This document shows, piece by piece, positions 53,701-64,000 of a stretch of DNA of 64,000 bases. The stretch lies in contig OZ365115.1 in NCBI GenBank assembly GCA_977030845.1, positions 30,690,001-30,754,000 on the forward strand. The letters run 5' to 3'. Source of the DNA: Fimbriosthenelais zetlandica (lineage: Eukaryota). The position numbers and the translations under genes are program-made. The notes below the pieces were generated by a model. That model did no database searches. It was not told the DNA's origin and saw nothing but the letters and a program-made list of their open reading frames with translations. Each line of letters begins with the position of its first letter. Positions within the stretch are counted from its first letter, which is position 1.

Positions 53701-55557
53701 CCTGTATGGCCTGTGTTCTTGATCCAGTCTGACTAATCATAGATAATACTAGGTTTTCAGTGTGTAATGTTTTATGGTTTCTATATGATGAATCATTAAT
53801 AAAGCTTTGGTGTAATTAATAATTCTGAATAACTAATTAAGGAATGGGGGTGAAAGGGGGTTATTTGGTTAAAAAACATGATAAAAATCCATAAAAAAAG
53901 TAAATGCACGGGAGAGGTATTTGTCCGGGTGGGTGCATGGGAGAGGGGATGTGGGTACGTGATAGGGGTAGGGGTTGGGCATGCGATAGGGGCACCGCGT
54001 ACAGGTAGTTGTCTAAAGAACATAAAATGTTTCATATTTGGACATTATGATTGTGAATTTATATGATAATAAACCAGAATGAAAGTCATGGTATGTCTAA
54101 AATGTACACCAGCATTTCGACAAGCAGACTATAGAACATAGTGTACATGTATTAACCGAGAAACGTGGAATAGAATGCTCCCAGATAATGGACCACTATC
54201 GGAGAACCATTCATGAAGACATATCTTCATTCCATTCCAAACAGCGGCAAAAATGTTGACAAACCCTCATGAAATGTAATTAATGTTACAAGTATAGATA
54301 ATGAGTACTGTGTGATATGAGGTATGGATGGAGGGAGTACCATGTGGGTATGAAGGCTGTATATAGGGGCTGAGGGTGATGAATTAATTGCTAATCAAGG
54401 TACTTATCACCCACATTAATTGTACTCAATATATATTCATGAAGGACACGGGGCTTATTGAGCAATGCCTGATTAGGAGTCAGGGTGGCGGCGGCAGTGC
54501 ATTATGATAACCATCTATGCTGCCTTTCTGCCAACATCTTGCACTTTTTTTTACGTTCGTACCAGCAGACTAATAATTTTACTTTTCTTCTGGCTGTTCT
54601 GGGTTTTGCTGTGGAATACAAATGTCAGATAATTGTTTTGAGGTTTGGCAATTCATCTTCTTTTCTCACTGACTGGCCTATGATAACAGTGTAAGTATGA
54701 GTAATATTAATCCCAAAAAGAAAATACTCATGAGCAGATATTAAATTAGAAGGTGATGAGCGGAAGCCCCTTCAAAAATGAATAGATTCAAATCCAAACT
54801 TACTCATATCAGCAGAATGATTAGCCTGAGCAGTCCAGACTTAATTACTAAGATAACAATTGCGAAGGTACACAGACTGAATAATCTAAAGGATCTAAAA
54901 TTGCTCCCTGCATGATCTTTCTCTCTCTGTGTCTCTCACAACTTGCCCCATCCTTTGTCCAATCATACCCAGCCCTCTATCTCTATTCCCCAGCACGTAC
55001 CAACTTCCATGTCTATCCTACCATCTTATCTCAAGCCTGCCAGTTCCTTCTCCCGCCTCTATTGCACACTTAATCTCTGACACACGACCTGGTGATTAAG
55101 ACCAGAAACAAAGACAAGTTTCTCACTGAGGCATGACACGGCCAACAAGTTGACATGGTCCACTGGCTCAGGCAAGAGGAGGAGGAGGAGGGCTGCATGC
55201 ACGGGTGGGGCTCGCGTGCCAGATCTAAATATAACTCCGTGGAAATAAACCAGGGATAATTTCAGGTGATTAATTATCACACGACATGGAGGCTACTTCA
55301 AGGTAGAGGACTCTTTTTGCCACAGTTTAATACAATTCTGTAAGTGGGGACCATAGGAATTATCCATGCAAGATCAAAATAATTAGAAGAGATAAGCTCT
55401 CTAGAAACAACCAGACTATGAATCATTCATTGAATCATTCCTGGAATGAGCCTAAAATTTAGTATTTAAAACAAGAAGCTATCAACTAGGCCTCCACTTT
55501 GGAATAATTAAAATATGCCATGCTTACTCATGGATGTAGGCTACAAACTTTGATTCT

Positions 55558-55576
55558 GGGTTGGGTGGGTGGTGGG
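55558..55576 (+). other. Canonical G-quadruplex motif
   Basis: GGG-TT-GGG-T-GGG-TGGT-GGG. Confidence 0.5.
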
Positions 55577-56685
55577 TGAAGGAGGGTGGGGCCATTTAAA
55601 ATTATGGTCATGCTTTGTACATTGGTATACTCCAAGATCTGGATGAGAAATTGCATTGATTATCTTTCCACTAATTTAACTAAAAAATCATCCCTTGCTG
55701 ATCAACATCTCAATCACAGTCTTGATAAGGACAAAGACCTTCAGGCTTGATAGTATAATTACCTAGCCCTAGGAGTAAAAGTCAAGGTGACTGAGGACGT
55801 TGTAGGATACATGCAGGCTCGGCCATGCTGATGTACGAGCCTAGGGGAAGGGAAGAGCAGGTGATGGGAGGTAAACCGACTGCCCTCCTCCCCTTCAAAG
55901 GCAGACAAAGATCGAGACATAGGTCTTCAGAATAGAATTGCCCCACTTCAGGCTGTATATCACCGATATTTGGAACCATGGTCATGGGATGATGCAGTGT
56001 GCTTCAGCAAGTCTAATATTAATCCTTTGTGGGGTGTCCTTCAGGCCAATGTTTAATTGATGACATATATTTGACACCTGGCGCGGACACAGGCAAGTCT
56101 AGATCAATGGTCCTCGCCAAACAGCTGCCAACTTTAGCAAGAAGTTCAACAAAAATATAAAAAGAGACTCGACAGTGTAGTCTTAACTTAAGTCCACCTT
56201 TGTTCTGATTCTGCTATCTTTTGTCCTCAAGAAACAAGTTGAGGCCTGCAGCACCTGTGCATTTTTTGGCAAAACGCCTTATAAGTTTTCCTCCCTTGAA
56301 ATATATACATTTTTTTCTCGTTGAATCAAGATGATTAAAATCCAATAAAATAACAAAAGAAGTCCCTGATTATGCATACATATTGAATTAAATAAAGCAA
56401 TAAAAACGCATAGGCAATGGCCAAATTTGAAAGCTATGTAGGCGCTTTTAATGCTTTTGTCACCTATTTGATAGCTATATTGACTGGATCAATTGAGAAC
56501 CAATGCTGCCAAAGGGGCCAGTCAATAGAGAACAAAGTCAGCGAGGGAAGCCAAGCTGTCCTGTGTACAATCCCCTAATTGTTGCATTTTGCCCGTTGTT
56601 TCCCTCTGGGTTTGGGGTTAGAGTGGGTGGTAAAGCTTTAACACCTGGTGTGTGTCTTGTCCTCTATTAGGTACAGAGGGATTAC

Positions 56686-56767
56686 CTGGGCCTCCCACAG
56701 TGACAAGAGGCGGGAGTGGGTTGATGTTTGTTCCAGGATTTCCAGGCAAACTATGGCTTACATCAGT
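56686..56767 (-). CDS. Candidate 82-nt exon upstream of the LIM exon
   Basis: Donor CAG|gtaatc. It ends in phase 1 with G, which is compatible with the LIM exon (G+AT=Asp). Peptide TDVSHSLPGNPGTNINPLPPLVTVGGP. The acceptor (tgttgaactatag) is weak. Confidence 0.2.
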
Positions 56768-57728
56768 CTATAGTTCAACACATTTTCGCAAGGACACTGT
56801 AACAGTGGAAAAGTGCATGTTTTCATGAAGAAGCTAGGACCCAGGGTTGATTTAATATCTATCAATGACTAGAATTCCTAAAGGAAACATGTATATATGG
56901 AAGATGTTCAATGATAAAAGATCATGCTGAGAACGAATTTCTCATCTCTTTAAGCCTTTAGAATATCAGATCACTTAATTGGCTTAATATGAACAAAGCA
57001 TTTAGTGGTATTTCTAAAGACACAATCTCTCAGGTTCCAATACGTCTGAGCCCCAAGTCTGGTTGTATAGAAACAGGTTCTATAGATGAGAATTAAGCTT
57101 CTTAACATTGTTAGCTATATGAAGGATATACCAGGGGGTTAATCATGTATATTTGTTGGCCAATTATGTAAATCGGCTTTGTCAACAAGTAGCATATCTA
57201 TAAAGATCTGTTATGCCAGTCTCTGAAGGAATAATCAGTCATCCAAACAGGTTTTCTGGTTTGTATAATACTGGAAATTATAAATGCAAATCATGGAAGC
57301 AATCTTTCATAAGCTTAGCTTTTAACCATTTGCTTTGGATAGTATTTTACTCAATGAATATTTCATCGACGAAAATTTTTTCTAGGTGTTCAGAACCGAC
57401 TCAACCCCATTAATTTCTTTCAACACAAAGGCCACCCATGCCAATGATGGGGCTAATAGTAGCCAATCTATACAGGAGGCTTCCAAATTAGCAGGATATA
57501 CATTGTCACCAAACGTACTTTACGTTTACAAATTTATTTTTGATGAACCAAATAAACTTTCACTATTACAACACCTTATATATAGTAGTCCCTGTTCGTA
57601 AGGAATGAAGGAGTCAGATCCTCTTCTCAAAGGCTCCTTTTCATCGGTTTTGGGACAAATTGCCAGCCCCAAAATTATTTTGTAAGGTGTACAATTAATT
57701 TTTGGTCATACTGTATATAACTGACCTC

Positions 57729-57860
57729 TGACAGCAGTAGTGACAGGGAGCTCATGATATGATAGGAGGGATCAAGCTAAATGACAGCTATGAGGGTAAT
57801 TACTGTCACACCCCATATGCCATGTGTCAGTTGGCTGTATGAAGGTGACGGTGATGACAG
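57729..57860. promoter_or_regulatory. Homotypic TGACAG (TALE: Meis/Pknox/TGIF-type) site cluster
   Basis: Exact TGACAG/CTGTCA at 57729, 57741, 57782, 57803 and 57855. Confidence 0.35.
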
Positions 57861-57985
57861 CAGGGCAATTTGCTGCTCATGATTGGAAATTCAAATCAAT
57901 CTGAGTCCTGAGTCATTTTAACCTCTTAATTAAGCGGGTACAGATCGATGAGTATAATCAACCTCATTCTCTACTCGTTGGAATA

Positions 57986-58320
57986 ATGAATCCATCAATG
58001 CAGCTTCCAACCATCCGCCCTTTCATCCATTCATCTATCGATCCATCCTCTCATCTATCCTTCTATTCATCCATGTACGCTCCTATCTATCCATCCATGC
58101 TGTTTGCACCATGTCATCTATCCTTCCATCCTTTGATCCATACACCTTTCCATCCATCCATCCACCGTGCTATCTATTCATCCATCCATCCTTCCATCTA
58201 TATATCCATCTTTCCATCCATCCACCAATCCCTCCACTCATTCATACAACCTATGAATCCGTCTACGCCATCCCACCCCTCAGACTCATTACATTCATTA
58301 ATCCATCGTCCATGCATATT
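57986..58320. repeat. Degenerate (ATCC/TCCA)n microsatellite
   Basis: Many catc/atcc units visible (ccatccatcc...). It accounts for the His/Pro/Ser/Ile-rich ORFs at 57986..58405 and 58111..58482. Confidence 0.85.
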
Positions 58321-61300
58321 CACATTGGTATATATCTCTCAGCCTTTTCATTTAAAAGTCTTTCATCTCTTTTTATTTCCTCATTCATTATTTGTGATAC
58401 GATGACAAACAGAGATCTAAAGGCGTTTCACTTGGAATATCATGGATTTATAAGCATCTGTCATAATCAAAACTTTCATTAAGGTAATGAATATACAAAA
58501 ATTATGGGCGGTGTCAACTGAAACCTTGGGCTTCAACATTATAATGACTGATGAGTCATTGGAAGTTTTTACGTATAAATGTATAATTCAAAGGAATGAG
58601 GACTCCATTGTTTTTATTTGCAGAGGAAACATTCCCTTTGATATGGAAGATATAAAGTCTTTTAATATTTTTTTTCAAAATTTCAAAAGAGACATCTTTG
58701 GGTTCTTGACGAGATCGACTTAACTATTGTTGATGTTTCCATGGTTACGAGGACAGTCCCGCAGTAAATATTTTTGCCTGGCGTGGATGGTTAAAATGCT
58801 TTCTAAATTTAACCAATTATAATCACCACACCTGAATGTTGAACGCATTCTGTCATAATATTATAGAAGTTTTTTCCCAAATTGAAATCTACATGGACAG
58901 AGTGAAATTCATGGAAGGAGAAAATTATAATTGGTATGACTATAACGATGATATATGTGAAAACAAGACGCGTATACTTTTTTCTAATAAATAATGTAAC
59001 CAATCGATCCATCAAATGTCATATTATGGCAAATATTCCTATAGCAGCTTGGCAGTCTAAGAGAATATATTTGTCATGCTAATTGCTTCACCAAATGCTG
59101 CCAAGTTAGCATGAAATATATGAGACACGCCTCTCAAATAAATATATAACAGGAATGTTAATGTGACAAAGGCAGTCAAAAAACAAAGGGGTGCACTGAT
59201 TCAGATACAAGGTAGAATGCAGGAACACCTGTGACAAAAAAGTCCAAAATTGCGATTTTTGAAGCTTGGTTTTTAGATATCAAGTCAGCAGTTTGGTGCT
59301 TTTTAGTTTTGGAAGAAAAAAACAGAGGGAAGAGTTTGATTAATGGGATTGTGGAGCTTCCCAGCAGTAAGAGTGGTGGCCTCCAGCTAATTAAGCTTTA
59401 ACAAGGATGATGACGACCCGGGGAGAGCTTCACTGGTGTTAGCTCCAGTGTCTGGAAGCGAATGGACCATCTGTCACCACAGACTGACAGAGTGACAGAG
59501 ATTCCCAGTCAAATTATACACAGGCAATGAATACAAGGGCAGAAAAGAGGACGGGTCTCAGGAGCGATAGGAAGGAAGGATGACAGGAAGGAGGCGGGAA
59601 GGGATCGAGAGATCAACCAGGGAAAGGGGCTTTCAAATTATTGATAAGATTCTGAGAATCGAAATATAAGAATATTTTTTCTTTGCTTATGAAATGGAAG
59701 TCTGGGCAAAGCAGATGGTCGTATGATTCAGACCAGAAAACGTATCCAAATGTACAAGTATCTGGTTTGAAAGAATTCCAAGGTTACACATAAACAATGT
59801 AGTAATTGGTACCTACAATATCTGTTCAAATGCATGACAAATATGATGTATAGAACACTGTCCATCAGCTGCCAGAAGACAAAGGTGCATGAAAGCAATG
59901 CTTGCACCACCAGCTGGGTTATATGCTTGGTTGAATGAGGAGGTGCTTAGACCAAGCGTCCCACTGGTGTCTAATCATTCCAGCAGACTGGTAGAACCTG
60001 GTGTCTATATCAGGATGACCTGTCCTCTCCTCTCTCCCTCCCAGTTCTCGTTATTAAGTCAGGAAGTGGTGAGAACCAAGCTCCACTGGCATTTCATGAA
60101 TGCTAAATTGTATTTATATATCCACAAAGATCATGGCACAAATGGTGCTTAGCTCACTCTGAATAACATTGGTGAATTGTGAAGTCAGACATTACTCTGT
60201 TATCACCAGGAAACACGCTGTCGGCACACAATGGCAGAAAAGGCAAAGACAGCATTTACATGCCTCTCATCATAGACAGTGGAAGTACACTCCAAACGAA
60301 ACTTATAAGCTTTCAGTAACTGTGAACCAATCTTTCTAACTGATCTTCATTTAAAGTGGAGCCGAGAAATAAGGCCCACAAGACACCTGGATTTATTTTA
60401 CATTTATATTAAGACATCTACTTCACTTTTGTCAGGAAATCATAAAGTAAATATGAGCAATTGAACTGAAAGCTGCCGAGCCTTTCTGGGCGAATAAAAG
60501 ATGAAATAAGATCATCACGGGCAGGAAGGGCAATCCATTCAAAGGCCACTTGTCAACAACAAGCCTGGCCACCACTGGCCGTCAAATACAATATTAGCCG
60601 AGGGTGATATACAATAATACACCCTCACCACCTTAAAAACCAATGTTTGATGAAAGAAAATAAATGCTTATCCAACCAAGGGAAAATAGATCTATAAGGC
60701 GCCCACGGAAGGGTCTCTTTGTTGAAGTCTTTGAAGATAAATAGGCATAAAAAATGAAAAATGAACTCTTTGTGTGAATGAGTCTGAGCATATCATAAAG
60801 ACCATCTCTCGTGCCTGATCTTGCTTCTCATATAGACCGGAGCATTAAAGCTTGATGAAAAATTGCTCTGTTTCCTGCAATCTTTCCCAGTAATTAGGCA
60901 TTCAATTATTTTTTATACAATGCCTTTTTATTTGGAATGAATCATGGGGATTTTATTATTAGATTGAACTTGTAGTAGGCCTATATTCGCTATACGGGGA
61001 TATATTAATTTATTGGAAGGGCATGCCTGAAGGGTGAAGCATGATGTAGGACTAAATGTCCCATTTTGGATTTTGGACTTTTTTGGTACCAAAAAGGAAG
61101 ACAGAAAGTGCCAGAGGTAAAAACTGAGGCAAAAAGGTTGGCCGTGACACAATGGAAGTATTTTAACAAGAGGTAAATATGAACTGAGATGCCTACATAG
61201 ATATTGGACACAAAAGCAAAGGAGGTAAAGTGTACATTACACTTAAGTTTTAGGTCTTCAACATCAAATAAAGACTGGAGGTCTTTTAACACCATAAACG

Positions 61301-62682
61301 AACGTTACGTTGGAGCTAGGAAATGTCTTTTGTTATTTCACTTGTCTTGTTCTTCTGTTGGCACTTCCCATATTCCACCTAGACCTAGTGTGTTATAGAC
61401 TCAAGACTGCATGATAACGTGTCAGAGGCCCTGTAATTGGAAGCTTCCAATTCAGAGTATATTCCAGTTGTTTGGGGTCTAGACCTGCCAAGAAATGCCA
61501 TCATTCAATGTCTACAGTTCAAATAAAGATCCGCTGAATCATGAAGTCTCATAGCAAAGCGTTAGAATCCATGTTCATTTCAATGCCCCAATTTAGTATT
61601 TTAGACAGACTTTGGCCAAGGATGCAGTTAAAGACTCTCAAAGCAACATTTCTCTCAATGTATTTTAAAATTAATTAAAATATTGAATTAAAGAAATTCA
61701 TACTGCTTAGGCTATGTAACGAAGAAAACCTAGTGTATAAAGGATCCTTTTTGCCTGTTACTAACAAACACACCCCCTACACCAATTCAGGAAAGATGCC
61801 AATGTCCTTGTCCATGTACATGTATCAATGTCACATTCTGAAAATACCTGTATGTACATTGTATATAGCCTTCCTATACTCCCATACAAATTCCAGTCTA
61901 CGAACAAAAATGTCCCCAGTTGTAGTTTCCCAGAGAGATAAACTTTCATGAAGAGTATGTATATGGGGGTGAAGTTATACTTAACTTGGGGAACTGCCCA
62001 GTTTGTATGAATACCAGAGAGATCTCAGGGGCGCATCGTTAATGACAGAGCCAAGTGGCAGACATCAACACATCAGTGGAACTGACCAAAGGCTATTCTA
62101 ATAGACACTGGTATCAAATAACGTCTTACAAATACACAATTATCACTCAACCGCACATTAACCCAGACTTAAGTTAGGTCTTTAAGGGAAACTTCTCAAT
62201 ACTTAGTTTAGGATTGGGATGGGAAATAAGCCCCATTTTGATATCATTTTACAGACTGGGACCAATTTGAATATCATTTCACAATGATTAAGCAGGGAAA
62301 TCTAAGTCTGGGTCTAGGTTTAGGGATACCTTGGTCATTCAGAATGGCTTCTCTATTCTTGTCAGGATTTTAATCTACTTTGTCTTATCCGGTCAGTGGG
62401 CGTGTTTTGGATTGCTTTGCTCCATGCCTGTGGGGGAAGCTCTAGAGGAGCAGGGGTCAGCAATGGATTTGTGAGTTTTGCCGTGGGGCAAGTCCATCTT
62501 TGGGGTCGCCCACCGTACCATCCTATCAAACCAAATCAAATCAAATGAAGGATGGTTGGCATCTCCAGTTTACTGAGCAATGCTAGAACATTGGGACTTT
62601 GCCAATAATATAAAAGCAAGACATGTCAAAAGAAAGTCCCAGATTGTCAATTCTGCATTTCCTTGAAAAATTTAATACTCAG

Positions 62683-62745
62683 AGCAATGGAAGTAACAAA
62701 GGATAAATGCCAACAAAGAAGACGTGTATCATTTACTGGTGGAAG
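62683..62745 (+). CDS. Candidate 63-nt symmetric plus-strand exon
   Basis: Consensus donor AAG|gtaagt and acceptor tttaatactcag. Frame (R)AMEVTKDKCQQRRRVSFTGG contains an RVxF-type motif. Confidence 0.25.
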
Positions 62746-64000
62746 GTAAGTGATATAGCACTGTCAATCACAGCTTCCTGATTGTGGTGTAGAAATGACA
62801 GAATGTTTGAGGGGGAGGTGCCTGAGAGGAGCACAATAGAGATTAAATGTAGGCCTGATTTTACACCCACCTCGCCTTTGTGTTGGGGCTGACCTCTGAT
62901 TGCCTATGGCTCGCTTATAACAAGAGGAGAGTTTGACTGGGGGTAAGGGGGTGAGGAGGGAGTGTGGCAGCACATATGTTATCATCAGAATCATCACCTG
63001 GCCTCATGGCCTACCACTAATATTGGGGTTCTGCTCATGTCTGCGCCATTTTGTTTTCAGCTTTTGGATAAAATTTCACCGTGGGAACCAAGCATCTGTC
63101 TCCTTCAAATCCTTTAATGGCAATGAATTTTCTCCGCAAATGTGATATGCACAGAAACGGATAGGCTTTTAAAGGATACCGTTTCAAACTTGTTCCCTCC
63201 AAAACCTTTAAATTGCTGTTAGAGATTGGTTCCAACTAATTGACTTCGGACGTGCCTAACCAAGCGTCTGATAGTATCCGGCTAATACGTAACACTATCT
63301 CTGACAGGAATTATGGATTAAAAGACTTAGTAATGTTCTGAGACTAATAAAGGGCATAATAATGGGAGGTGTCTGATAGGTTTACGACGCAAGAGGAAAT
63401 ATCCTTCATATGACAGACCCAGAAAGTTCCTTTGAGTCAATTGTCATTTAGAACCCAATAAAATAGCAATGAGAAATGTTATACGATATCAAATTCATCA
63501 TGTAGACTTTTACTTGATGTTTACACATTTTGGGACAGAATGAAGAGAATAAAGTAAAGAGTAAACCTTTATAAGAGATCACTCTTGCAATAAGTGTCAA
63601 AATGGGCAATAAATTATATGCAACCATCAACAAAGTGACTGACATGAAATGGTGCTCAAAAACATCTCGGTCTCTAAATCCCAAGGAAATTATATAAGGA
63701 AATTTATGTACACATGATTATTTATTTCTAAAAGGCTTTATCATATCCATGAGCATGAGGATTGGTTTCCGTCAGGGTTAACTATTAAAATGTGATCATT
63801 TACATTTGCTAGATGTCCTGTCAACGGGGATAAGGTGAGGTGATGGGTTCACATTCAGGGTGATCTCTATTTGATCTCAGCTCGTGATAGCCACCTATCA
63901 TTGATCATAATCAAGGAGAGCCACCATCAGTTCAGCTACCTGAAGCCCTACCCATGTTTCCTGAGGATTACCATTCCATGAAATATTAGAGGGTTTCCTA

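Noticed and set aside
57986-58482. 139-aa and 123-aa ORFs
   Set aside because: They are translations of the ATCC microsatellite.
59235-61085. Perfect 16-bp inverted repeat caaaaaagtccaaaat, 1.85 kb apart, as possible TIRs
   Set aside because: A-rich. About one such match is expected by chance in a window this size, and there is no TSD or transposase.
62161-62313. 11-bp inverted repeat acccagactta...taagtctgggt as a MITE
   Set aside because: The match does not extend, there is no clear TSD, and it is at chance level.
1-64000. Prokaryote-type systems (CRISPR arrays, operons, rRNA, Fanzor/TnpB or viral ORFs)
   Set aside because: No regularly spaced direct repeats, no ORF longer than about 140 codons, and no rRNA-like or nuclease motifs were seen.

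Overview
AT-rich, visibly CpG-poor eukaryotic genomic DNA, almost entirely intronic/intergenic. There are no operons and no long ORFs, and most ORFs in the supplied track are chance. The composition and the excess of the TAGGCCTA palindrome suggest a marine invertebrate, possibly an echinoderm (inference only). The one confident coding feature is a 445-nt minus-strand internal exon (43843-44287). It has canonical splice sites and encodes a Ser/Asn/Tyr/Arg-rich linker plus the first half of a LIM zinc-finger domain. Several weaker candidate exons lie on both strands. The window also holds heavily decayed retroelement remnants: Gypsy RNase H/integrase pieces, a LINE endonuclease, a CR1/L2-type RT, and possible RTE- and RLE-type fragments. 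There are also tRNA-like SINE heads, a palindromic non-autonomous element, simple repeats and G4 motifs. The most unusual signal is a dense cluster of RFX X-box-like motifs plus a perfect CRE inside the LIM coding exon, next to a divergent pair of CTCF-like motifs. I found no convincing new multi-gene system, CRISPR array, rRNA or intact tRNA. All transposon assignments come from manual comparison with remembered family consensus motifs, not database searches.
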